From: Zygnema circumcarinatum SAG 698-1b
Taxonomy: Eukaryota; Plantae; Zygnematophyceae
Assembly: GCA_037447605.1 (NCBI GenBank)
Contig: CM074804.1
Location: forward strand, 4,999,909-5,063,908
DNA: 64,000 nucleotides
Direction: 5' to 3'
The notes under the pieces are model-generated. The model was given only the letters and a program-made list of their open reading frames with translations, was not told the DNA's origin and ran no database searches. Position numbers and translations under genes: made by a program. Positions 49,401 to 61,400 of this stretch are shown one piece after another. Within the stretch, counting starts at the first letter, position 1, and the number at the start of each line of letters is the position of its first letter.

Positions 49401-49514
49401 ACTCTAAGGCGGCATTGTTGTCAACGAGTAGAATTTAATGCAAGCCCTGATCAAATATATTCAGGAACCATTTGGCTTCATGAATGCAGAGACGGGCAAG
49501 CAATAAGGCCCTGA
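46498..49514 (+). CDS. DUF604 / Fringe-like GT31 glycosyltransferase, paralog 2
   Basis: MSGQRFMFWVAFAYMVISL.., HLLFAIASS, TWWDP..FRGHVWFD, YVKGDDDTFF, AFGGGGFAIS, GSDQRV, RERGFHQCDVRG, SISWGYSVKIY, RRHCC. Same exon series as paralog 1. Confidence 0.93.
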
Positions 49515-49675
49515 TTTATTCATCTTTGCAGTGCACGCCTTGCATTGGCTGATTCGGAATGAAGCTTGCGTGTGTAGTGCGAGCTAATGTGAGGTCTATT
49601 TCCATATTGAGTACTTAAGCCCCAAGGTAAATGAGGCTGATGAAGTTGTATGTAGTTAACAAGTAGAGTACCTCA

Positions 49676-50476
49676 CTATGTAGCCAAGCTCTGTGCTTTC
49701 CATGAAGGTGTGGTCCCTTTTCTAAAATTGAGTGAGAATTTATTCTCTGTTGGCGTTGGATAATCTCTCCTGCTGCTCTCCTGCTGCTTCGTATCGTGTA
49801 TGGCAACTTCCACGTGACTAGCCGAACTCTGTCTTGCTGAGCTTCCTACAGCCTGCCGAACCTGACTCTTCGTAAAGCATCCCATAGTAAAAAGTCGAGA
49901 ATGATTTAAGGAAATGAAGCTCCTTGGCGACTCATGGCCCAACGCCTCCCACATGACATGATTGATCGGTTTCAAGCGCATGTCAATCCTATTGCTGAAG
50001 CAGCGTAACAACAACTGTCCTGCAGAAAGGCCGACCTGCAACTCTTTTTTGAAAATACGATAGTTCTTCCATCCTGCACGAATGCATTTCCGACACAAGC
50101 AAGTCGGCGAAGGAGCAACTCCCACTGCTCTTTCATTTTTGAAGGGCGAGTTCGTGGAAATTCCGCAGCCTGTTTGTACAACGGAGAACATAGGTACGAG
50201 AATGGCAACGATAACGGGAGCAGGACTGGGAGCGGGCCCTATCCGGACTCCGGAGGGATTGGAGGCATCGCGGGAACAAGCTGCTGAAGAGCTGAAGAGC
50301 TGTCCAAGTGAGAGAGGGAGAGCGACCCCCTGAAGGGTAGGGCTGACTGAAGGGAGGAAGAGAGATCGGAAAGTGGGGCCGTTCATTTTGTGGGCAGTTT
50401 GCAGAACAAGAACAGAACCCGCTTTGCTTTTGGTGATTGCCTCTGCCCGCGGCTCGCGTGTTGCATTCGGACTCAC
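49676..50476 (-). CDS. Unassigned 266-codon open frame between DUF604 paralogs 2 and 3
   Basis: Length only; no recognisable motif. First in-frame ATG is near 50390. Confidence 0.25.
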   Translation of the reverse strand: MSPNATREPRAEAITKSKAGSVLVLQTAHKMNGPTFRSLFLPSVSPTLQGVALPLSLGQLFSSSAACSRDASNPSGVRIGPAPSPAPVIVAILVPMFSVVQTGCGISTNSPFKNERAVGVAPSPTCLCRKCIRAGWKNYRIFKKELQVGLSAGQLLLRCFSNRIDMRLKPINHVMWEALGHESPRSFISLNHSRLFTMGCFTKSQVRQAVGSSARQSSASHVEVAIHDTKQQESSRRDYPTPTENKFSLNFRKGTTPSWKAQSLAT

Positions 50477-51003
50477 CTGACTGCGCTCAACGAGTTGGAT
50501 TCATCACAGCCCGAAACACGGGGATGAATCACGGCATCACTGTGAGGCCTTTGCGTGTCGCGACCACATTCCTCGAGAGAATCTCGTGGAGGTGGACTAA
50601 GCGATAATCCCGTAGTGAGGATTTAGGGCTTTAGGGCAACTTGTTACTTTCAAGTTATGAAAGTTGACACTCGAGGTCAACGCAGTCAGGGCGAGGCTGC
50701 CAGGGCTGCTCCTTGGGGAAGCACATATCAACTCTGCTGCCTCACACGCCAATACTTCTCCACTACCTTCTTGTACAAGTTGATACGACCAAGACTTAAG
50801 ATCCACCCGACTTTTGATTCCCAGTAAGATCATTGGCAAGGAGCCCCTCCCTTTGCTTTGACGCACTGCAGTGCGAGGAAACAATGCACAAAAGTATTTT
50901 TCCTGCAACGTCGACTTTGCTGAGAAATAGATCAAAGCTCAACCTACACCCTGCATGCCTGTTAGCCAGGTCTTGACGTACCCAATGGCAGCGTGCCATA
51001 CTT

Positions 51004-54000
51004 TCAGTGTGTTGTGCCCCGTCGAGGAGCGATCAGCTCCCCCTCTTCACAGTCACCCAACAGTATGGTCCCCACGGTTTGATTTTCCACTTCGTGGAAT
51101 GTGGTCTGCTTGCAGCACTGGCGCCTCATATTGGGCCCGGCAGACAGTCCGTTCTCCGGAATTTCCACCCGCATCGGGTGAGAGCGGATGACTCTTATAG
51201 AGTGAAGTCTCGCAACTTGAATGTCGCAAAAACTCCGGTCGATGTCCTTTTGTGAGTGGGGCCGCTCGTACGTACTCTGAACGCCTCCGTCAGGGAGCGA
51301 CTCCACCTTCGCAATGTACATCACATAGGGAAGGCCGCAGGGTTGGTCCGAAGGTGCCATGGGCTGAACATGACGAAAGGCGAGTGTTAGAAATGGCTAT
51401 TTTCGTAACAGGACGGAAGAGCAGCCTGAGGAATTGTGGTCGACTCATGTAGACTCGCCTTTACAGAACGTGTGTTCATGTCGTATGCTGGCGGGTCCCG
51501 ATGACCTGTAAATGTCGGACTTGTCCGCTCCATCCGATCCAATTCTATAATGCGAACAGTCTGCAAGGGATGAACCCAGCTTTGCGTTCGCTTGTCAGCA
51601 AAATCACCTCCGTGTTTAGATAAGAGATATAAGGAGCCTCGTTAAATCTCGCTGTCATTTATGGTGGGCTAATCGGACATTTCTCAGCAGCTGGAGACAT
51701 CGAAGGCGACTGACCTTTGGATAGACCTTCACCGAATAACCCCAGGCGATGGAGGCTGTCCATTCATTGGTCAATCTGAAATCATCCACCTCTAGCCTCG
51801 TCTGTTAAAATCGTTTTTCATAGCGAAGCGCAACGGTTATCTCAGCACTCTTTTGTCCTTAACTCCTTTTGAAAGTTGAAACTTCTGATGAGAGTCTCAA
51901 ATTTGTTCCGATAAGACTCGTCGAACTGGAAGTGGAAGGAGCCTATGAAAAAAGAAAACGGTAGAAATACAGGGGTGTGGGAGAGAACTCACTGGTCATA
52001 ACATATCGCTTGCTGTAAAAACCCAATTGGATCGGGTCGAATTGCATTTGACAAATGGCGAAGTGCGGATAGGCGGTCGACCATAGAAGGTATGACAGGA
52101 CGCAGCACATGCAGATGGTGCAGGGAAGCAAACACTTCCGGAGGGTGAGCTTCCATAAGGCCCGCAATAGAGCCCTGCAGGTCGCACTGGTGAAAGCCCC
52201 TCTCACGCGTCACGTGGACCTGCAGCCGATTCATATACCACAAGCATCAAGCTTTTCGACCTTTTCTTTGTAAGGACGGACTTGCTGCCACGCCGAGTGG
52301 AAACAGCCATTTCCCCCATGGCTGTAGTGTAAGGCTCTAAGTAATTGTGAAGACTCACCCCGAGCTCCGATACGCATGCAGCCACTCGCTGATCGCTGCA
52401 CCACAGTTCGCTGTACCGCTCCATGCATTCGTCAAGCGTTCTGTTCAGTGCTGCTGCCAACGCTCCGCTGATGGCGTACCCGCCACCTCCGAAGGCGATT
52501 TCGTGCGACACGATGCTGTTCTGCCAGTGAGTCTCCGACTGACTCCCAATGTACAGCATTTGGGTGTGGTCGTACTTTGACAGCAGCCCTGCGATTCCGC
52601 GAGGGCTGAAGAAGGTGTCGTCATCTCCTACCACGAACCTGAGGAGCGAGGAGACCATTACAAGACACTTGTGACTGCCCGGAAAAACTCGCTTTTGAAG
52701 TAGAAGCACTCTATTCGTAGGACCGGAAGAGCTAGCTGACTTTGCTGTTCTTATCCAGGTGGTGGCGAGTTTTGCAAACGTTGTCAGTAAAATCGAATAT
52801 ACATTTATCAGGGGTTAAGCTTATAGATAGCTCAATCGACTCCGAGGACTACTCTCATGCTTATGCTTTTAAGGATGCCTGGTATGACGTATGCCAATCG
52901 ATCGTAGAAGGGCGTTTGTCCTTACACCTTTGCAGACCAATATTTGTAGCTGCACATTTTTAATGCTGCTCAAAGAAACTTGCAATTTGTAGAGTTTAAT
53001 GTCCAGAGTAGGATGAAAGAAGAGCATTAATTCTAATGCGTACCATCGCACATTTGGCAAGTTGAGGTGAAAAGCTTCAACAACAATTCGCGCCATGCGC
53101 AAAAACGACGTCATCCCTGCTCCATGGTGACGTATGTGACTCGTGTCTCCGTAAAGCCGCAGCTCGGGATCGGAGGTCTCACGGGAGGCTGGAAGCACGT
53201 CTGTCCATACGTAGCCGCGCACCTCGGTTGCGTTCCACCACGTCCTGCACGCAACAGGTTGAATAGCCGCCTCAATCGCAAAAAGAGGAAACGACAGATG
53301 GATGGCTCACAAAAGCAAAAACAGTTGCAATTACAAACAAATGTTCTGCTACTTAATGTTTTTCTTTTTCTTGCCGGGCTTTTTTTTCCGGGAGGAAGTG
53401 ATCAGCGTTAAGCTGACTGCTTCACGATATATCCGGCTGGGCAGACGAAGTTGTCGGGAAGTAGCATCGTCGAGTGGCATTGCAGGGTATGTGATAGAAT
53501 ACTCGCAGCGGTCATTACCTGGTGAAGGCAACGCGTTGCGGCCATGTTCTGCCCGAAGAAGCTAAGTTGAACAAGACGTGCTGCAGCCCCGTCATCTCCT
53601 TGTCGGAGCGTTGCCACTTTACTTCCGTTGGTGTTGAACAACTTAGTTCTACTCCAGCAGACAAAGTTTGCAAACCGTCGAACCTCGACGTGTTAAGGCG
53701 AGGATCCGACTGCTCATTAAAATGGTACTCCGGGACAGTTCTATTCAAGCCCTTATGTGGGTTCCGAGGCGGCGCAGGCTCGTCCTCTCCCTCTATCCAC
53801 CGATTGGCCTTCTCATCTGAGATTTTTTCCTCCTCCCCTTCCACAGTCTTCATCGAGGATTCCTCAGCTATTACTTTTTTTGAATCAGCTGTGCCACTTT
53901 GATCGGGGAAATGGTGAGCACCCAATGAATTCTGCGGAGTGTCTGGTGCTGCTGCTGCTGCCATGGACTCGGTCTCCTTCTGACTGTTGCTAACACTTTT

Positions 54001-54210
54001 ATTTCCAAATGTATGGAACGGCCTCCATAAATGGCCACTAGAGGAATACTGAGGCGATACAGGGCCTAAGGTCCCAGCTCGCTGTAGCCATATCCCCGGC
54101 AAAAATGCCAAAATTCCGGTGCTGACCACGAGCATTAGCAGCATCAGCGTCAGTACTGAAAGAGGACTCTTACGCGGCCGCCTCCAGGTATGCGCAACAA
54201 AACCAGCCAT
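51004..54210 (-). CDS. DUF604 / Fringe-like GT31 glycosyltransferase, paralog 3 (long stem region)
   Basis: TM helix LSVLTLMLLMLVVSTGILAFL, HVLFNLASS, RGYVWTD, FVVGDDDTFF, AFGGGGYAIS, CSDQRV, RERGFHQCDLQG, SIAWGYSVKVY, RRQCC. First ATG in frame is at 54210. Confidence 0.92.
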
Positions 54211-54477
54211 GAAATTTGGAAATTTAATTCCCACTCTGAAGGTCTCTCGTGAGACTTCACACTGCTTTGCTTTTCTAATGCTATTTGGGCAAAGTTCTGC
54301 TCCAGTGCAGACAATCTTTCAAAATGATCTAGGGCTTACTTGCAACTTACTATCAATCTTTTTTTACGAATCTCCGCTCCCCATAACCCGCAGGAGTTGC
54401 CATGGCTGCCTTTCACCTGGTCAGAAACGGTCCACAGGAGTGGCCACGGCTGAGCGGCTCCGGCGGCCATGCACAGC

Positions 54478-54766
54478 CATGCATGCATGCAGGCCATCGC
54501 CGGGAAAACCGCTCTCCGGAACTCCCTCGAGGGCGCGCCACGTGCTCGTATCGTATCGCCCGACATCGGAGAGGCTCCTTGTGGAGGCTCAGCTGTCGCA
54601 GTTAAACTAGAATTTCTATGTTCATTTAAAAGACGTTCATCCGCACAGAACGTTGGGAACAAAACTGAAACGGGACGGAGGGTCTTTCTTCTGCCACGTG
54701 CCACCCTGAGGAGAGCCCTCCAGCGGAGATGATGGCTTGGGTCGCACGGGAGAGGCGCCACGTGTC
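54478..54766. promoter_or_regulatory. RY/Sph repeat plus three G-box/ABRE sites in the shared cystatin/DUF604-3 promoter
   Basis: CATGCATGCATGC at 54478-54490; GCCACGTG at 54537, 54693 and 54757 (the last is GCCACGTGTC). Confidence 0.55.
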
Positions 54767-54802
54767 GGTTTCCCACCCCTTCTCCCGCCGAGCTCGGGTG
54801 CC

Positions 54803-56599
54803 ATGACTCGCTCCGCTGCAGGTCAAGCGGGCGGATACTTCTTCATTCTACTTCTCTGCGGGAGAGGTTTAGGGTTCGCTATGGCGGGCATGCCCGGAGG
54901 TCTCTCTGACGTGAAGAAGACGGGAGAGAACAGCGTGCAGCTTGAGGAGTTAGGTCGGTTCGCAGTCAGCGAACATAACAGCAAGCAGGTGAATTACTCA
55001 AGACATAACAGGCATAAAGAAATAGAAGGTGACTTCTGATTTTGGTAGGAGTTCGGTATGGTTTGCAATTTGTAAGTTTTGTCGGAACCAGATCAAGTTG
55101 GGGATAGATTCTGGAATTTTGCAGCATGGTAGTGGTAAGGCGTATGTCGCCCGTATTTGGTTCCGTCAATTCTGCACTCGTTTTTTTCTCGTCGTCAGTT
55201 TCAATTCCACTCGTGGTTCTTGTGCAAGAGTCTTTAAGTGTTACCGAGGGAAGGGCGCATACAGACAGAAGCGTTGGAAAGGGTCAGGACGGAGTAAATG
55301 TGGCATTCTATCTTCGTTTATTTGGGGCCTATTTCACTGTGTTTATTCCTTGCAGAATGGAAACTTGGAATTCGTGAAGGTGGTAGACGCCAAGCAGCAG
55401 GTAGTAGCTGGCATAATGTACTATCTGACTATCGAAGTTGTCTCCGGCGGTCAACGGGGCCAGTGGATGGCGAAAGTGTGGTCAAAGCCATGGCAGCAGC
55501 ACAGGTCCCTTGAGGAATTTAAGTTTATTGGCTCGAAGGTAACTGCAGCTGATATTGGTGTTTTGACGACAGGTCAGTGTGGACTCCTTTAGAATTTAGG
55601 ATCCTGGGTGAACCTCGATAAAATATTAGTGAGGTTGCATCCTGGTTCTGCGTGCAAGGTGAATTACCGATGCTGTCGGGATAGTTTTGCAGAACAATTG
55701 TGAATTGTTAAGAAGCACGAACGTGTAAAAGAAGCACCAGATTTATAGCGAAATGATTTTTGTAAAGAATGGAAGATTGATTTTTTTGTTGCTCGCTGAT
55801 CTATCATGGGCAATGGAGTGGTCGTGTCCTAGTTGTGTTGCATAATCTTCATCATGTTACATGTGCGTGCTATTGCTACCCTTTACCTGCTTTGCATCCA
55901 TTGCCTATCCAATTCTGTACGCCCTGTGTGCGATTGCTGTGGTCATTCCCCAGCTGCAGGTATTTACTGCATGTTTAGGTCAGGGTCGGCCACATGTCAC
56001 TTGGTTGTCGAAAGCAGCTTGATTATTTTAATATATCTGTTGTTTTCTTATTGTAGAGCCATCGCACTTGAACGTGGTAGCAGTGGACGATCCATCAGTA
56101 ACCGAAGCAGCTGACTATGCCGTGAAGGCAATACAACGAAGGTCCAATTCGCTCTTTCCATACGAATTGCAGGAGATAGTGAGTGCGCATGCAGAGGTAT
56201 GCATCGACTGCTGCTTCTTGTATTGTGAATGGTACCTTTCTGGTTGGCTAGTAGTTCACAGAAGATCCATGTTCTCAATAAGTTTAATACTTCTGCAAAC
56301 TGCATAGCTCTTTGGTCATTCTTTTTTGCTTTTGTTGGAATACCAGAGCTTGACTATCTTTGCTTTATTTGTTTCCTGTATAACTATTGATTCCAGAGAG
56401 TGAAGTGTCCTTTCGAAAGTGAGCTTGTGTGGAGTTCACTGATCACTTCCTGCCTTTCATTTGTAAGCAGAGAGGAGATGGAGCACTCTTCAAAGTGGTC
56501 ATGAAATTGCGGAGAGGTACCAAAGAGGAGACGTGCAATGCGGAAGTGCACTGCAGCGGCGAGGGCCAGTGGATGCTGAAGAAGTTTGATATGGAGTGA
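54803..56599 (+). CDS. CYS: C-terminally extended phytocystatin (exons 54803-54988, 55356-55572, ~56057-56196, ~56471-56599)
   Basis: Signal-like N-terminus, PGG, LGRFAVSEHN (LARFAV motif), QQVVAG (QxVxG), KPW, and a second domain with RRSNSLFPYEL (SNSL motif). Confidence 0.93.
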
Positions 56600-56890
56600 A
56601 ACACTCGTGTATGATAGGCAACGATAATGCTTGAACTTGGTTTGAGAGTAACCCCCTCGAAGACTTCATGCTTTCTAAAGAGCGCAGAGAAAATGTTTCT
56701 TGCTGCTATGTACAGAATCTATTCGCTCGTGGGTTGACCGTGCAAGGTCTGTCGTTTTGTTGGCACCAGTGATGCTGATGGGGGAACTTCTCGGCTTCCG
56801 TCACTGAATGCCTGAAATCGTTTCATGCTGTGGTGAACGTGTTGTGATTCTCTGAATTGTTCAACTTGTTTGAATGAAATTGAACAACTT

Positions 56891-57853
56891 GGGTAGTGTT
56901 ATTTCCAGCCCTTCTCTGGATCAAAACAGATTTTAGAAAGGCTTCTAAACGGAGAATGCTTTTTTCACACCTTTTTAGAATCGGCACAAGGCATATTTTA
57001 TTCTTGCAAAAGAATGAAAATGATACCCCGTTAATTTGATTTGAATACCTCGTCCCCCTAATTACTTTTTTTGAGATAAAAAAATATCGGCCTGGCCGGA
57101 TCCGCTCGGAGTGCAGTGAGTTCTCAGCCGTCGATTTCCTCGCAGAGCGCCCCACGGAAACCGTTAGATCTGCAGGGGCCGGGCTGGGTCCCAGCGAATG
57201 GCACGAGTCCACGTGCCCCGTCAAAGCCGACTCACACTTGCGAGTGCGCGCCCCTTCAGCCCGAGATCTCCGCAAAATTATGAGCTGGACCGGGCATTCT
57301 GTGGAAAACTGGCAGCCAATCACCATCTGCCACGTGTTCTGTTTGACATAGCCAATTATGATTGGTCCAGGCTCTCAATGTTAACAAAATTTTGCGTTTC
57401 CTCAAAGTTGCGACCATATGACTTTTGTAAGGACTCACTTTTGAGTCGGCTTTGACGGGACACGTGGACTCGTGCCATTCGCTGGGACCCAGCCCGGCCC
57501 CTGCAGATCTAACGGTTGCCGTGGGGCGATCTGCGAGGATATCGACGGTTGAGATTCACTGCACGTGCTAAGGACGCACACCCGCGAACGATCTCGTGGA
57601 GGACGGATCTTCCGCTCCGAGCGGATCCGGCCAGGCCGATATTTTTTTATCTCAAAAAAAATAATTAGGGGGAAGAGGTATTCAAATCAAATTAACGGAG
57701 TATCATTTTCATTCTTTTGCAAGAATAAAATATGCCTTGTGCCGATTCTAAAAAGGTGTGAAAAAAGCATTCTCCGTTTTGAAGCCTTTCTAAAATCTGC
57801 CCGGCCAGGACGGGCTGTTTTGATCCAGAAAAGGGGTGGAAATAACACTACTC
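56891..57853. mobile_element. MITE / foldback element with ~345-bp terminal inverted repeats
   Basis: 56891-~57235 is the reverse complement of ~57441-57853, with two insertions in the right arm. Ends are GGGTAGTGTTATTTCC ... GGAAATAACACTACTC. No clean TSD seen. Confidence 0.88.
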
Positions 57854-58476
57854 TTTAACTTTGCGAAGTTTTTTTTTTTTAACATTCGGTAGAGATGACC
57901 CTAAAAATAATAAACGTGGAACTGTTTTACAATGTAAAGCAATTTAACTATTTGAAGGCAACTGTTCTCGCATGTCATTACAGAGAATGTCTGGAGTTTA
58001 AAACTGTGTATTTCCTTAATGCCTAAAGAATGCAGTGATAGGCGAACTCATGTAGTTCCAGTAGCGGTTCCATGACAAGCCACATGCGTCGTACGATGTC
58101 ATGTGAGTTGAAGGATGTACTTATTGCACAAACAGTGTACAGATTTCTTGACAACCGGGCTTCTATTACAGCCTCAATGTCAAAGACATTTGTGGAAGGT
58201 CTGGACTAAGGCGGGGCAGAACAGTCTCTTTGCACATCAACCATTCTGCTTTTCACTATACACAACAGAGTAAAACTTGCCAAAACAATGTGTCACATTA
58301 TGATTGAATAGTTTCACAAAGTGACCAATAAAGAATGCCACAGGTGTTTTGCAGTGGCAAAAGAATGACGTCAGACGACATAAGCGTAATTTCACAAAGA
58401 TAAACATAACTACATCATTCCTATCCAATGATAACTTAAAAACAACCAAGGGATAAAAAAAAGATAGCATTATGCC

Positions 58477-61400
58477 CTAACCTCTGCAAAAAAGCCCATC
58501 CAGCAACACGGAGCTTGACAGAAGTGAAGCCGGACGGGGAATGGTTCGAGCCTCCATGGCTGCCTCGCGGAGCGCGGCAATTAGCCGCTTATTTGATTCC
58601 TGCAAACCATGGACCAAGAGATTGTCATTCAGGGACCAGTCTCAATCATTCGTTTCAGCTATGGGTCTATATAAAAACAAAGAAAACTCCTGAAGCGCTG
58701 ACTCGAACGATCACCAGACTGGTAAATTTCCTCATCAAGGATAAGGATGCCGGTGCACTTGATGAGATTAACCGACCCCAGTGTGCCCAGGGAGAGGCAA
58801 GAGATGCATACCAGAAAGGAGACCGAAATATAAGGGATATCGTGGCGCTTGCATAAGGCCTTCACCATTGGCATAACGAGTCGAAGGTTATGTCGCGGCA
58901 TCCTAGGAAAGAGATGGTGCTCGATTTGGAACTGTAGACCACCATGGAACCAATCTACCTGCAGACAATGCAGCGGTGACAGACTATCAGAAAGGGGTGA
59001 CAAATCGACAGGTTCAGTTCCAGTCACACGTATGCAGTTAATCAACAGTTGAGCAAGGTGCTGATTACAAGGCAAAGGCAAAGGGGAATGGCAATCAACA
59101 CATTACTGTTAGTGTCTCTATTCTTATTTAAGAAATGACAATCATAACAACAAGAAGGCTGGTTTGTAGCACATGGACAGCTGGAGAGATTTTCGTCATC
59201 AAAGACACAAGGTTCCATGTAAAGAGCAGCAATTCGACGAACGAACGAACGTCATTCTGGAAACAACGGAGCACAATTAAAGTCATATGTGCAGGCATGA
59301 TAATTCCAAAAATTCCATGTCTGCTTTACGACAGATAGAAGAAACCCACTAGCAACTTACCCAGGGATGGCAGGAAACGTCTTGAGTTGTAAGCAGCTGT
59401 GTCCTGGCGAATTCATCATTTTCAGGTCGGCCCCTGAATGTAGCCATCGAAAAGTGACTGATGCAAATCTGCTCCCCCAAAGCACGAATGGGCCGAAGAA
59501 CAAGTGGGTAAGAAGGTCCAGCATGGGTGAATGTAATCCTCCCATAACTGCCACACCGACCAAAGAAGGTTGGACACAACTTCTCAGCTGCTTCTGCCGC
59601 ATCATTCTCTTGAGCATCCCAGCGGTGATAACCTCATATATAAATAACTAAAGCAGCCAGAACAGAAGGAGATTACCTGCACGTGGAGCATCCCAGACAT
59701 AGCAAGACACAGGAAAAGAAATCCCGCTCGCTCACCAATGCTGTTCACAAGAGGAGTTGCATCAAAATTTTCATCAGAAATCAAATTACCATAACAAATG
59801 CACGCGGTAGTCTCCTGCAAACAATCTCAAAGGTAGCCGGCATCCATCCGAGGACCAACGAGTGCCATTTCAGGAATGAGCTCATCAACTTCCAGCATGT
59901 CCACTGCACGTGAGACCCTCTATACATGCACAAACATATTGAGCCAAGGATCCTGATGCAGAAAGTTTGGAAGCAAAGACTTTACCAAAAAATGCATTTG
60001 ATACGCGGGAACGCTGGTTTACAAGTCATATCAGATCAGCGAGAAAAAAAAACTTATTGAGTGGCTGAGTTCATGGTGAAACCTGCGTACCTTGGTAATG
60101 CCGAGAGTAGAGAACCAAACCAGAGCCAGAAAAGGCCAAAGCAAAAGAACTCCTTCCCCCGACTGGGAAGGTCCTTATCGGAGAACAGCAGAAGAAGTGA
60201 TTGCAAATGTAGGTTTATCCTCGCAACTGCCATGATGGGGTAAAATGTCCAATGCTGGTAGGATACCAAGAAGCGAGCTGCCACATCGAATGTCATGTCC
60301 CGGAAATGGTAAAGCGAATAAGGAGAAGTAAAGAATTCTTTGGAAATAGCAAAAACAGGAACGTGTTGGATGTCTGGATCATATTCGACGCTGTTGCACA
60401 CAATATGGTGAACATTGTGGGTCCTCTGCCATAAAGAAAATACGCACATCAACACACAGAAAGCCCATATAATTTTAACCCCTCACAGTAACCTCCCTCA
60501 TAAAAGGCAGTGGTTTGATAGATAAGTGTGAACTTCCAGCTATTCTAGCTTTATCACATCAGCAGGCTTCCACAATAGTCGAGAATTCTCTGCAACAACT
60601 AGCTTGAAAACTGCGGGGATGACAAACCACAAAGTCTAGGAAATACCTTCCACCAACCAATGCCGATTCCTGTGATTGTGTTGCCGAAAAGGAGCCCAAT
60701 GTAAGTGTCAATTTTACGATTCTTTGTAATGCCGTTGTGACCAGTGTCATGGCCGATGAAGCTACAAATGTTCCACAAAAAGCCTAAGAGCAGAGCGCAT
60801 CCCATATGTACAATCGTACTCTTGCTCAGAACCACACCGGCGACAACTAAGCAGAAAAAGAAACCAAGAACACAGACTTGCTTATAGTAGAACCAAAGGT
60901 TTGTCTCAAAGAGGCTAGATTCTCGGATATCTTTCGCGAGCTTCCTGTAGTCTGCAGTCAAGGGCGAAACTTGCAGCGGCTCCAGGTCGCCAACATAGAA
61001 TTTCGGCAGCATTTTTTCTACCTGCAGGCCAAAAAACACATTAGTGCAAAGGTTAGGCTCTGCTAAGGACGCCAAGCTCAACCACCATGAACTTGTACAT
61101 CTCCGGCAACCTCGACGTCAGGCAATTGACCCTCCGGAGTAGTATTTCAGACTGCTATTTCAATTATTCACGGGTTGGAAGATATAAGTGAAAAGTAAAA
61201 AGATTCACTCAACAAAACAACTGCTGCAAGGTATTTCGAAGCACTTTGCAATCAGTGGACATATAGGGGTTGTCAATTCAGGTCCACTCAGCAACCGACA
61301 GTGGCAGACGAAACGTGAATTTGCATCCGCATGCGGCCAGCCCACACTCTCTGCTTGCCACAACTGAGGTCTTAAGAACACATAGTGGGTTGCTGCGTTT

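Noticed and set aside
54211-54234. Start of DUF604-3 at 54234 as given by the ORF track
   Set aside because: That codon is GTG. The first ATG is at 54210, and the upstream part is probably spliced 5' UTR.
56823-57858. Two similar ORFs on opposite strands (..SERIRPGRYFFISKK..)
   Set aside because: Mirror translations of the MITE's inverted repeats; no transposase motifs.
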